Of a DNA stretch of 64,000 nucleotides, positions 1 to 8,563 are shown one piece after another. How positions within the stretch are numbered: the first letter of the stretch is position 1; each line of letters opens with the position of its first letter. The stretch is from positions 1,932 through 65,931 of the IMG/VR virus record IMGVR_UViG_3300049846_003387; one strand, written 5' to 3'. The notes under the pieces were generated by a model. That model had not been told where the DNA came from and did no database searches. It saw nothing but the letters and a program-made list of their open reading frames with translations. Source of the stretch: a virus (taxonomy: Duplodnaviria; Caudoviricetes). Made by a program: the position numbers and the translations under genes.

Positions 1-1
1 A

Positions 2-334
2 AATTTAAGTGATAAAGTAAATATAGGTTATTTTCTTGATGTTCGATTAAATGGGAATGGAGTCCTAACTAAAATTGACTATCGAGGATCGTCCTACTTT
101 GCCATCCCTTTTCAAGGCTCACACCTGCTCCAAGCTGGGATCTCTCCCGGAAAGCAAGTAGGAGAACTTTTAAAGTATTTAAAGTGGACATATCGCAACG
201 GAATGTGGTATAATGTACCTGATATGTTGAACTGGATCAAATCTCTACAACAAGATTCCAACCTAGCAATGGCCCTAATAGATCCAGAAGAGCATCGCAG
301 AGAGATCGCTAGAATTATAGCAAATAATAAATAA
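2..334 (+). CDS. 5'-truncated protein; segment resembling the C-terminal region of CCA-adding/poly(A) polymerase family enzymes, plus half-HEAT-like tail
   Basis: Frame 2 open from window start to TAA 332-334; ...GSHLLQAGISPGKQVGELLKYL...ALIDPEEHRREIARII. Not in the ORF track. Confidence 0.55.
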   Translation, partial: NLSDKVNIGYFLDVRLNGNGVLTKIDYRGSSYFAIPFQGSHLLQAGISPGKQVGELLKYLKWTYRNGMWYNVPDMLNWIKSLQQDSNLAMALIDPEEHRREIARIIANNK

Positions 335-344
335 GGAGATCCTT

Positions 345-614
345 ATGTCTAATTTGGTAAGTCAGAGAATTATTGAAAAAACAAAAAACTTTATTGTATG
401 TCAAATGAGCGATGACTCCTATGCAGCTTTATACATTGAAGATAATAAATATTATTACAATAACAAAGATCTAGCATTAGTACTAGGTAGAGTGCAGAAA
501 TTTGAAAAGGAACACAAGCATAAAGTCGAATTTGTTTCGCGTGGGGTTGAATCGCCAGACAACAATTGGGCAAAAGAGGCATTTCACAACATGACTGGTG
601 GTCTCTTTAAGTGA
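345..614 (+). CDS. hypothetical protein
   Basis: 89-aa ORF, AAGGAG RBS, GTGA overlap with next gene. Confidence 0.75.
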   Translation: MSNLVSQRIIEKTKNFIVCQMSDDSYAALYIEDNKYYYNNKDLALVLGRVQKFEKEHKHKVEFVSRGVESPDNNWAKEAFHNMTGGLFK

Positions 615-1006
615 AAGTTTATAACAACTACTCAGTACAAGATGTGATCTGCAACAAATGTGCACAGTCTTTAAAGCGCACTTGGGATGGCTTGACTTCT
701 TCGGATATACACACAGATATGTATGGTGTAAAAAGTATAGAATATACAGGTGGGTACCTATCAGGACCTCATATCCGCGATATGGATCATTTAGAATTTA
801 GTATATGTGAAAATTGTTTAGGAGACTTTGTTCAGTCTTTCAAGTTGAGTCCACGAGATTCTCTATGGAATAGAGATAGTCTACAAGCAATATTTCAAGC
901 TCAAACCATCGCTGAACTCGCTGTCTATCTTACTGATGAGAACCTTCAAGTAAGGCAATATGCGACAGCTAGAATTGAGCATCTGCAAAAAGGAGAAGAA
1001 AAATGA
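611..1006 (+). CDS. Zn-binding hypothetical protein with C-terminal half-HEAT-like tag
   Basis: CNKC...CENC; tail QAQTIAELAVYLTDENLQVRQYATARIE shared with 3286-3639. Confidence 0.75.
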   Translation: MKVYNNYSVQDVICNKCAQSLKRTWDGLTSSDIHTDMYGVKSIEYTGGYLSGPHIRDMDHLEFSICENCLGDFVQSFKLSPRDSLWNRDSLQAIFQAQTIAELAVYLTDENLQVRQYATARIEHLQKGEEK

Positions 1007-1260
1007 TATTTCCTAAGGTAAATGTTCAGGAATGGAAGCGCAAGTATAATATTCAGACTTATACTGTGAAATGTAAACGATGCGCAGCTTCAAATAGCCC
1101 AATTAAACCCTTCGTAACCTCTACTTCTATTGGTCTACTTACAGAATCGTGCTACAACTGTCATGCCCCCTTACGCTTAAGTTCTTCAGTTCCACGAACA
1201 GGAGTAGCTTCCAAGGAATGGAATGACATTATGTCTGGGATTATAGATCCAAACTTGTAA
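1003..1260 (+). CDS. Zn-ribbon protein, paralog of 7517-7738
   Basis: MIFPKVNVQEWKRKYNI, CKRC...CYNC; AGGAGA RBS. Confidence 0.75.
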   Translation: MIFPKVNVQEWKRKYNIQTYTVKCKRCAASNSPIKPFVTSTSIGLLTESCYNCHAPLRLSSSVPRTGVASKEWNDIMSGIIDPNL

Positions 1261-1269
1261 GGTGGTTTT

Positions 1270-1827
1270 ATGTCTAAAAAAAGAATTATTGAACAAATTC
1301 TTCACAGAAGAGCAAGAAAACTTAAGTGGTACAATAATCCAGAATACTGGACAAAGAGTTTTAAAAACTTCAAATCTTTCTTCGTAAAGGATAGGCCTTG
1401 GTACAAATCCTTGGCTGAATATATTTATTTAGAAAATAGTATCTTTAATTTTTTCCATAGATATTATAGAGCTGTATATAGGTTTTTTGAGAACATAATA
1501 AGAGTTGCCAAATGGCTTCCCATTCTTTGGAGAGATAGGGATTTTGATTATGCATTTTTCTGGCCAATTCTCAGAAAAAAAATCGAAAACATGGACAAAG
1601 TCATAACCAATGGCTCTTCTGCAACGAACCTTACTGTTAAGGCTGAGCTCATGTATGTGAGAGCTCTATTGGAAAGAATAGAATCATTTGATTATTACAA
1701 GGAAGTTCAAAACAATACTCCTTCTAATTCTTCGTCTAATATTTTTGCAGATGAGAATCTTCGACAAGAAGACATAGAAAAGCTTTTCGCATTTATGGCA
1801 AAAAACCACACAAAATGGTGGGATTAA
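1270..1827 (+). CDS. hypothetical protein, paralog of 3649-4197
   Basis: KWLPILWRDRDFDY...KWWD, strongly similar to the downstream copy. Confidence 0.85.
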   Translation: MSKKRIIEQILHRRARKLKWYNNPEYWTKSFKNFKSFFVKDRPWYKSLAEYIYLENSIFNFFHRYYRAVYRFFENIIRVAKWLPILWRDRDFDYAFFWPILRKKIENMDKVITNGSSATNLTVKAELMYVRALLERIESFDYYKEVQNNTPSNSSSNIFADENLRQEDIEKLFAFMAKNHTKWWD

Positions 1828-1828
1828 A

Positions 1829-2176
1829 ATGGATCAATTTGCATATGATTTTTATCAAAAAATGGGGCTCGTAGAGGTTTCCTTAGAAGAAGTGAATAAT
1901 CCTGATCCATATTGGTCGGGGACGTTTTCCCACATTCCTTTTGTCTTCGCTTCATCCGAAGAAATTATTCATATAGCTAAGATCTTTGCTCTTGTCTATC
2001 TTGAAGATAGTCCGGATAATAGTAAGGACAAGTATAAGACAAAAATCAAAAATGGGATATCCTTTCTTGCTCAAAATCCTGCTGAAGCGTTGCTATCAGA
2101 GCAACCTTTAATACGAGAAATCGCTTCTTTTATTTACAATAATAAGGACAAAAAATGGTCAGATACACAACAATAG
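1829..2176 (+). CDS. hypothetical protein, paralog of 4200-4529
   Basis: MDQFA...EALLSEQPLIREIA. Confidence 0.85.
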   Translation: MDQFAYDFYQKMGLVEVSLEEVNNPDPYWSGTFSHIPFVFASSEEIIHIAKIFALVYLEDSPDNSKDKYKTKIKNGISFLAQNPAEALLSEQPLIREIASFIYNNKDKKWSDTQQ

Positions 2177-2604
2177 CATTAATCTTTTTCTCAACTGCTA
2201 TAGTAGCTAAATCTACTTCCTCCAATCAACCTTCATCTGAATTTAATACTTGGTTGAATACACAGTATCAGGCTATCAATAATCCCTTGCAGTTTGTCTG
2301 CACACAGGCTTGCGCCCAGCAGCATCTAACTTGCTCCTTTAAGTTCTATCTCGATAAGCGCAATAGGTCTTCTCAAGTTTCTGATCAACAATGCTTAGCT
2401 CTGCAACAAGCATGTATTACAAAATGTATTCAAGGATTACTTCAGTCTGGAGGAGAAACTCCTACTTCAGGAGGAGGAGGTAGTAGTGGAGGGGGAGGGA
2501 GTGGAACTCCAAGTGGCGATGATGTCGTGACTCCTCCAGATCAAGATCCTACAGACGATGAAACATCCACCCCCGGTGATCCTAATCAACCACCAGTTTT
2601 ATAA
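2155..2604 (+). CDS. secreted Cys-ladder protein with Gly/Pro/Asp-rich tail
   Basis: Hydrophobic N-terminal signal-like peptide; Cx3Cx6C...Cx6Cx3C; paralog at 4530-4991. Confidence 0.8.
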   Translation: MVRYTTIALIFFSTAIVAKSTSSNQPSSEFNTWLNTQYQAINNPLQFVCTQACAQQHLTCSFKFYLDKRNRSSQVSDQQCLALQQACITKCIQGLLQSGGETPTSGGGGSSGGGGSGTPSGDDVVTPPDQDPTDDETSTPGDPNQPPVL

Positions 2605-2615
2605 AGGATGAAATT

Positions 2616-2864
2616 ATGAAATCAGGTGATTTAGTTATGCTCCAATCAGGTGGACCAACAATGACGTTAGGTAGACCTACTCTTGAATACCAAGAAGGTA
2701 GCTCCCCGAGTGTTTCTTCTGAACTATATAGATGTCATTGGTTTGAGGACAATAGGTTATTTTCAGGTGACTTCTTCATAGAAGAATTGTCTCTTGTTAA
2801 GTTTTTTTCTCGTGGCGAAATTCAAGAAGTACTCCAGCCTCTCCTAGATAATCCCCCTTATTGA
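2616..2864 (+). CDS. YodC/DUF2158-like small protein
   Basis: GDLVMLQSGGPTMT...CHWF motif; paralog at 5836-6039. Confidence 0.8.
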   Translation: MKSGDLVMLQSGGPTMTLGRPTLEYQEGSSPSVSSELYRCHWFEDNRLFSGDFFIEELSLVKFFSRGEIQEVLQPLLDNPPY

Positions 2865-3278
2865 GTGAGAATAATAATGAAACCCTCATTTGCTGCTGAA
2901 CTTAGTACTCTTATGATCAAATATGGTTTCGATCCTCCTCAAAAGGGTGAGATCAATTGGGAGGAGCCTGTACTTAATTTTATTAAGTATCTTGATGAAC
3001 ATACAATGTTAGAGGCTGATATTAATGAAATCAAGGAACTAGAAAAGATTAATGATATCACCCCTACTATCGATCTTAAGGATTGGCCAGAGTTCGTCGA
3101 ACGTACTTTAGAATTGCTTTTGTTACAACGCAAGGAATTAATTTTTAAAAGAAATGTATATGTGGAAAAGCCCTTCTATCTTTATCGTTTTTGGCTACAC
3201 AAACACGTACGTACAATTGATAATCTGATCGACAACGTAGATTCAGATATTAGTTATTTTAGATCTTTCTTAAAATAG
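2865..3278 (+). CDS. hypothetical protein (start may be ATG 2877)
   Basis: 137-aa ORF tightly packed in the operon. Confidence 0.7.
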   Translation: MRIIMKPSFAAELSTLMIKYGFDPPQKGEINWEEPVLNFIKYLDEHTMLEADINEIKELEKINDITPTIDLKDWPEFVERTLELLLLQRKELIFKRNVYVEKPFYLYRFWLHKHVRTIDNLIDNVDSDISYFRSFLK

Positions 3279-3285
3279 GCTTAAT

Positions 3286-3639
3286 ATGATATCAGTAGAG
3301 TCTTTATTGAAGGAATGCAGAAATTCAATTTCAATTGAAAAAGCGCATCTATTGATGAATAGTATATCGTTTGACGACAACCAAGCAGTAATTGTAGAAT
3401 ATCTTTTAAATGAAGAACTTACTACAACCCAAAAACTTGTATTGTTAGATGGGCTCATTGGGACAGATTTTAGTCTTCGACGTTACGGAGACGAATCAGA
3501 AGAGAAAGTGAGAGCTGTAATGCTTGCGATAAATAAAGCTCAAACTATTGAAGAATTAGCTATTCATCTCACTGATGAGTCGTCTCAAGTAAGAAGTTAT
3601 GCTACTGCAAAAATAGAACAACTTCAAAAAAATCCTTGA
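3286..3639 (+). CDS. hypothetical protein with C-terminal half-HEAT-like tag
   Basis: Tail KAQTIEELAIHLTDESSQVRSYATAKIEQLQK. Confidence 0.75.
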   Translation: MISVESLLKECRNSISIEKAHLLMNSISFDDNQAVIVEYLLNEELTTTQKLVLLDGLIGTDFSLRRYGDESEEKVRAVMLAINKAQTIEELAIHLTDESSQVRSYATAKIEQLQKNP

Positions 3640-3648
3640 AGGAATCAA

Positions 3649-4197
3649 ATGTCTAAGAAGAAAAATAAACATTCTCTTTTCCACCGCAAAAAAAGAAAAC
3701 TAAAGTGGTATTCTAGTAGAGAGTATTGGCAACAAAATTATGCAACTTTTAAATCTTTTTTTGAAGAAGATCGTCCTTGGTATAAATCTTTAGCACAATA
3801 TATTTATTTAGAAAATAGCATTTTCAATTTTTTCTATAAGCGTTACCGAATTATAGCTAACTTCTCTTATAATGTAGGTAGGGTTTATAAGTGGCTTCCC
3901 ATTCTATGGAATGATCGTGATTTTGATTATGCCTTTTTGTGGCCCATTCTTCGTAAAAAAATCGAAAACATGGAAAAGGTAATATCAAATGGATCTTCAG
4001 CAACAAGACTTACAGTTAAAGCTGAACTTCTTTACGTAAGATTGCTTCTTGAGAGGATAGAAGCAGGGGATTACGATGATGAAGAAACTACAGATCAATC
4101 TTCCAATAGTATTTTTATAGAAGAACTACATCAACAAGAAGAAATAGAAAAGCTCTTTACGTTTATGGCAAAACATCACAGAAAGTGGTGGGATTAA
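3649..4197 (+). CDS. hypothetical protein, paralog of 1270-1827
   Basis: Sequence similarity to the upstream copy; AAGGA RBS. Confidence 0.85.
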   Translation: MSKKKNKHSLFHRKKRKLKWYSSREYWQQNYATFKSFFEEDRPWYKSLAQYIYLENSIFNFFYKRYRIIANFSYNVGRVYKWLPILWNDRDFDYAFLWPILRKKIENMEKVISNGSSATRLTVKAELLYVRLLLERIEAGDYDDEETTDQSSNSIFIEELHQQEEIEKLFTFMAKHHRKWWD

Positions 4198-4199
4198 CA

Positions 4200-4529
4200 A
4201 TGGACCAATTTGCTCATACATTTTATACAAAAATGGGGCTTATGGAGGTATCTCTTGAAGAGGTTAATAGTATTGATCCAAATTGGATAGGAAGTTTTTC
4301 TCACGTTCCTTTTCTTTATTCATCTCCAGACGAGATCCTTCACATAGCAAAAATGTTTGCTCTTGTTTATCTTCAGGACAAACCTGATAATAGTGAAGAT
4401 AAATATAAGACCAAAATAAAAGAAGGCGTAGCATTTATTAATGAGAACTACACCGAAGCTCTTTTATCAGAGCAACCTTTAATACGCGAAATCGCTGCTT
4501 ACGTTTATAATCATAAGGATAAAAAATAA
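4200..4529 (+). CDS. hypothetical protein, paralog of 1829-2176
   Basis: Start moved to ATG 4200 (MDQFA) by alignment with the paralog. Confidence 0.85.
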   Translation: MDQFAHTFYTKMGLMEVSLEEVNSIDPNWIGSFSHVPFLYSSPDEILHIAKMFALVYLQDKPDNSEDKYKTKIKEGVAFINENYTEALLSEQPLIREIAAYVYNHKDKK

Positions 4530-4991
4530 ATGATCAAATATACATCAATTTGCCTAGTACTATGTTCGAGTGCACTCACTGCTCAATCCAAGAAATCTAC
4601 ATCAGACTTTGATGCTTGGTTAAGTTCTCAGTATGAAGCAATTAATGATCCTGTAGAATTTGTATGTACTCAGGCTTGTACACTACAATATAGTTCATGC
4701 CTATCAAAATTTCATTTTAATAATAAAAAACCAAAAAAATTCGCAGAACTTCCCAATAGTCCTCAATGCACCTCCTTATGGGAATCTTGCAATACCAAAT
4801 GTGTGCAAGGCTTAGCAAACTCTACTACAAATTCAGGTGGTTCTTCTGGTGGATCTACAGATAGTGGAGGTTCAGATGGAGGTGGATCCGGCGGCTCAAA
4901 TGGCGGTGATGTAGTTACACCTCCTGATACAGATCCTACTGACGACGAAACAAACAACTCAGGTGGCTCAGATCAGCCTCCTGTTCTTTAA
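4530..4991 (+). CDS. secreted Cys-ladder protein, paralog of 2155-2604
   Basis: Signal-like N-terminus, same six-Cys spacing, ends DVVTPPDTDPTDDE...QPPVL. Confidence 0.8.
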   Translation: MIKYTSICLVLCSSALTAQSKKSTSDFDAWLSSQYEAINDPVEFVCTQACTLQYSSCLSKFHFNNKKPKKFAELPNSPQCTSLWESCNTKCVQGLANSTTNSGGSSGGSTDSGGSDGGGSGGSNGGDVVTPPDTDPTDDETNNSGGSDQPPVL

Positions 4992-4995
4992 GAAA
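4950..4995 (+). repeat. 46-bp direct repeat, copy 1
   Basis: acaaacaactcaggtggctcagatcagcctcctgttctttaagaaa, identical to 5315-5360. Confidence 0.95.
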
Positions 4996-5312
4996 TGCAA
5001 TCGTCTAAAGTAGGAGAGAAAATGAAATTAGATAAGAAGGCAATTGAAAAGCTAGATAGTATCTGTAAAATTGCAGAATCTATGCCAAAGAAGAATAGAG
5101 ATTTCTTACAAAACTGCATTAATCGTATCGTAATTTCTATAAAATCTTCTAACGAAGAAGAATTAAAAAAATCTAAAGAAGAGATGGTCAAATTCTGCGA
5201 GAAGAATCCATCAAAAGAGAGTATGTCTCTTTTGATTTGTCTTCTTATGTTTTTCAATGTACCGTCTCGTAATGTACTACGAGTTGTAAATGAAGAAGAT
5301 CTTAGAAATTGA
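4995..5312 (+). CDS. hypothetical protein flanked by direct repeats (likely start ATG 5022)
   Basis: AGGAGA RBS before 5022; ORF fills the space between the repeats. Confidence 0.7.
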   Translation: MQSSKVGEKMKLDKKAIEKLDSICKIAESMPKKNRDFLQNCINRIVISIKSSNEEELKKSKEEMVKFCEKNPSKESMSLLICLLMFFNVPSRNVLRVVNEEDLRN

Positions 5313-5314
5313 TG

Positions 5315-5360
5315 ACAAACAACTCAGGTGGCTCAGATCAGCCTCCTGTTCTTTAAGAAA
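5315..5360 (+). repeat. 46-bp direct repeat, copy 2
   Basis: Identical to 4950-4995. Confidence 0.95.
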
Positions 5361-5371
5361 GGCAAACTTAG

Positions 5372-5824
5372 ATGTCCAAAGTATTAAGAGAATCTCTTCT
5401 ATCTCAATTTGAAGAATTCATTTCCTCTATCTTAGAGAATGACAAGCAAAGGCTTTTAAATTCTTTACCTCCTTCCTCTCAACATCTCAAGAAAAGCAAG
5501 AATAAAGAAAGAAAGAGTGAAGATATTGAGGTAAAAACTTCCAACAATCATACACATACAGGCTACCGACGTAAAAAAGATGGTCGTTCAGTCATTTATG
5601 AACGAAGAGAAGCAGTAGAAAGACATCTAGCTCGTCGTAACTACACCATTCCTCATGAGAAATTGAAAGGAAGTAAGCCTCTAAAGTCAGATGGACACTT
5701 TACTGACCAGAAGTATGGTGAAGCTCAAAGCCAAGCTTGGAATGCTGTAGCTGACAATCTAAATGCATCCGTAAAAGAAAATCAAAAGAGAATTGACGAA
5801 ATCTTTAAAGATTTTATAAAATAA
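5372..5824 (+). CDS. hypothetical basic protein
   Basis: 150-aa ORF. Confidence 0.7.
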   Translation: MSKVLRESLLSQFEEFISSILENDKQRLLNSLPPSSQHLKKSKNKERKSEDIEVKTSNNHTHTGYRRKKDGRSVIYERREAVERHLARRNYTIPHEKLKGSKPLKSDGHFTDQKYGEAQSQAWNAVADNLNASVKENQKRIDEIFKDFIK

Positions 5825-5835
5825 GGAGAAAAATT

Positions 5836-6039
5836 ATGCAAGTATCTAAGCTTAAACCAGGTGACGAAGTAAGATTAAAATCCGGTGGCCCACTTATGAC
5901 TTTAGGTCGTAAATCTTACGAATACGATAAGACTATTACCTCTCTAGAGCTTTTAAGATGCCACTGGTTTGATGGAGATTTTATTCAAACAGCTGACTTT
6001 TTCGAAGAAGAATTAAATAAGCTGGAAAAGCACAAATGA
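5836..6039 (+). CDS. YodC/DUF2158-like small protein
   Basis: GDEVRLKSGGPLMT...CHWF; AAGGAG RBS. Confidence 0.8.
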   Translation: MQVSKLKPGDEVRLKSGGPLMTLGRKSYEYDKTITSLELLRCHWFDGDFIQTADFFEEELNKLEKHK

Positions 6040-6119
6040 ATAAGGCCTTAGAATATATTTTAGATAGAATTGACAAGCTTCCTGATGATTGGTTTGGGAA
6101 CCGAAACATCTTCTTTTGA
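6036..6119 (+). CDS. 27-aa small ORF
   Basis: MNKALEYILDRIDKLPDDWFGNRNIFF; ATGA overlap with upstream stop. Confidence 0.4.
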   Translation: MNKALEYILDRIDKLPDDWFGNRNIFF

Positions 6120-6144
6120 AGATCTTCCTCAGATGGGGCAAAGT

Positions 6145-6540
6145 ATGAAGAAACAATATTGTACAATGTTTGCTTTTGATGATCATCATGATGATTTGCA
6201 CTGTACTCATAAATTTCTTGGTACCTTGACTCCAAATGAGGTCAAAGCTATTGAGGTAATTCTCAAACATTATTTTACAAAGAATCCATTTAAGTCTTTT
6301 AAGGTAAAGTTTGATGAAGAAAAATTCTTCGGTGAAAACGAAGATATTAGGGTTGTTGTAACGTCAGCATCTACAGATAAATTTCTACCAGACTTGCGAA
6401 AAACACTAGATCTTTTTAGAGATGATGATTTTAGCTACAATCCACACATCACTACAGATGAAAAGCTCATCAACAAACCTTTCACAAGGTACCTATTTGC
6501 GTGTGGTGACGACATTATTGCAGAATATAAAAACCAATAA
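6145..6540 (+). CDS. 2H phosphoesterase (LigT/ThpR/Acb1 superfamily)
   Basis: Two HxT motifs, LHCTHKFLG and YNPHITT; start uncertain (6070/6133/6145). Confidence 0.8.
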   Translation: MKKQYCTMFAFDDHHDDLHCTHKFLGTLTPNEVKAIEVILKHYFTKNPFKSFKVKFDEEKFFGENEDIRVVVTSASTDKFLPDLRKTLDLFRDDDFSYNPHITTDEKLINKPFTRYLFACGDDIIAEYKNQ

Positions 6541-6552
6541 GGTGATGCTTTC

Positions 6553-6783
6553 ATGAACGAAGAAGAATTCCGAAAAGATCTAGAAGAATGGTATTCTGAT
6601 ATAACCGATCCAATTAGAAAAGAAAAACTGATTGAAGTCCAACTTGCAGCTAGGTTTAGTAGACCGATTGCCCCTGAAACTATAGAGTACCTTCAAAGCT
6701 TCGGACCATTTGACTATAGTGATGAGGTTATCCCAGATGACGAATCTTTTATATGGCTAGGAGAAAGAGGGAAGTTTGAATGA
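6553..6783 (+). CDS. hypothetical protein
   Basis: 76-aa ORF. Confidence 0.65.
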   Translation: MNEEEFRKDLEEWYSDITDPIRKEKLIEVQLAARFSRPIAPETIEYLQSFGPFDYSDEVIPDDESFIWLGERGKFE

Positions 6784-7040
6784 ACACAAAAAGATTCAAT
6801 ATCGGCGACACAGTCATTAACACACACGACGGTCGCACAGGTACTGTGAAAGACATCTGCCTTTATTGGGACGGCGTACATGTCTTGTACGACAATGGCG
6901 AAAAGCAAGTTGTCTCCATTACGGAGCTTTATGACGCATCCTTATCTACATCTCATCTCTTTTCAAAGAAAAAAGATGTAAACAATGATATATTTGGAGT
7001 CACTATCCAAGTAGACTTTAAAGAAAAGAGGATTAAATGA
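6780..7040 (+). CDS. small SH3/KOW-like beta-barrel protein
   Basis: FNIGDTV...GRTGTV...HVLYDNG pattern. Confidence 0.6.
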   Translation: MNTKRFNIGDTVINTHDGRTGTVKDICLYWDGVHVLYDNGEKQVVSITELYDASLSTSHLFSKKKDVNNDIFGVTIQVDFKEKRIK

Positions 7041-7504
7041 CCACCGTAGCAGAACTAATCAAGTTTCTAGAAACACTACCTCCAGATCTTTTAGTAGTAA
7101 GAGATTCTGGTGGTGATTGTGACGGCTTTATTGATATCATGTCTTCACCTGAAGAAGAAAGATCTTGGCATAAAACTGAAGAATTGCTCTTGGCTCCTGG
7201 TATGTACCACACCTATCACGGTAAGTACGATAGCTGGGAAGAAGTAATGAAGGCCGCTCGCAATTTTACTCCAAAGGGAGCTTCTGATCAGGAAGCTATG
7301 GCTGCATTTATTAATGAGATGGAGCAGCAACTCAAGTTTAGCGAAGATGAAGCATCAAAAGTAACAGAGGTACCTGAAGGACACGCTCGATATGGGTGGT
7401 CTCTTGACCTCTACATTAGCCAAACCTTTCACCTAGTCGAACAACGAGAGTTCATTGAATTTCTAAAGCATAGTACTCCTATGAAAGCCATTGTTCTTAG
7501 ATAG
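7037..7504 (+). CDS. hypothetical phage protein
   Basis: MTTVAELIKFLETLPPDLLVV N-terminus, a pattern common in small phage proteins. Confidence 0.75.
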   Translation: MTTVAELIKFLETLPPDLLVVRDSGGDCDGFIDIMSSPEEERSWHKTEELLLAPGMYHTYHGKYDSWEEVMKAARNFTPKGASDQEAMAAFINEMEQQLKFSEDEASKVTEVPEGHARYGWSLDLYISQTFHLVEQREFIEFLKHSTPMKAIVLR

Positions 7505-7516
7505 GGTGGAGGATAG

Positions 7517-7738
7517 ATGATATACCCAAACATATCTACAAGCAAATGGGTTAAGAAATACAACATCGACTTTGATGAAAACTGTGAAGAATGCGGTAAT
7601 CCTTTTGTCTCAACAAAACCCTACATAAAAACAGACTATGCAGGTGTAGAGTGCTTCTGTGAAAGTTGTGACGAAAAGGTATATATTTACACTCCTATTT
7701 CACAAAAGATGAAAGATTTTGTTACAAAGTATCTTTAG
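7517..7738 (+). CDS. Zn-ribbon protein, paralog of 1003-1260
   Basis: MIYPNISTSKWVKKYNI, CEEC...CESC; GGAGG RBS. Confidence 0.75.
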   Translation: MIYPNISTSKWVKKYNIDFDENCEECGNPFVSTKPYIKTDYAGVECFCESCDEKVYIYTPISQKMKDFVTKYL

Positions 7739-8522
7739 ACTTCTTAAGATCTTTTTTGTAGATGTTCGTGTCGCAATGAGGACAAGTAACTACGTAAGCC
7801 TCTCCGTCTTTAAGCCAAAACTGCTCGTTGGCATGAGCAAGAGGATTAATCATTTCACCTGATTCGAGTTGCTCTAGTTTCGAATACAGCAAATACTTTT
7901 GTCGGTAGTTAAGATCTTGTAGATAGAGTTTTTCATATTCTTGTGCTTTTTCGTATGTACTTAGTCTTTGAATTTTTTCCTCGTGCGATAAGTCGTCTTC
8001 TAGGCTTGCTGTCTCTCTTAGGGTTACAAACTCTTCTAGTAAGAGGATTATCCAACCTTCACCCAACCACTGCAAGTGATAGCGCTTATCGATCGATTCA
8101 TCAACTAACTCTCTTTTGAATACAAACTGCTTATCGCCTGAATATGTATTAGATTTATTATAGTCAATTTCTAATCTTCGCCCAAGAATTTGGAAAAAGC
8201 GTTTGATAGGAAGAACAGCATAATGAGGAGAATTATCAGTAGCAACCACTAACAGTTCATCTTTGTCAAATAAGATCTTATCTATCCATTCTTTTTTAAT
8301 TTCAATTTGACTACGCTTCTTGACGTCAGCAACTTTGGTTCTTTTCTTAGCTTCGATAACTAAATAGATATCGTTTTTCCATGCATGCACATCATGCCGT
8401 CCAATATCCTCTACAGCACCCGACAAGGCAATCCTTTTCGAGTTCCAGCCTTTTTCGATGAACCAATTTCTGATTCTATACTCGTAGCTACTGCCAGCTC
8501 TCTTAGATTTTGAGCCACTCAT
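7722..8522 (-). CDS. Holliday junction resolvase (Hjc-like PD-(D/E)XK) with C-terminal extension
   Basis: SKSKRAGSSYEY...RIALSGA...HDV...LVIEAK; GAGGAG RBS. Confidence 0.8.
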   Translation of the reverse strand: MSGSKSKRAGSSYEYRIRNWFIEKGWNSKRIALSGAVEDIGRHDVHAWKNDIYLVIEAKKRTKVADVKKRSQIEIKKEWIDKILFDKDELLVVATDNSPHYAVLPIKRFFQILGRRLEIDYNKSNTYSGDKQFVFKRELVDESIDKRYHLQWLGEGWIILLLEEFVTLRETASLEDDLSHEEKIQRLSTYEKAQEYEKLYLQDLNYRQKYLLYSKLEQLESGEMINPLAHANEQFWLKDGEAYVVTCPHCDTNIYKKDLKKSKDTL

Positions 8523-8552
8523 TTAGTTTACTCCTCTATATAAGAGGATAGG

Positions 8553-8559
8553 ATCAATA
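8553..8559 (-). promoter_or_regulatory. TATTGAT box (putative late promoter), minus strand
   Basis: ATCAATA on +, about 30 bp upstream of the resolvase ATG. Confidence 0.6.
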
Positions 8560-8563
8560 TGCG

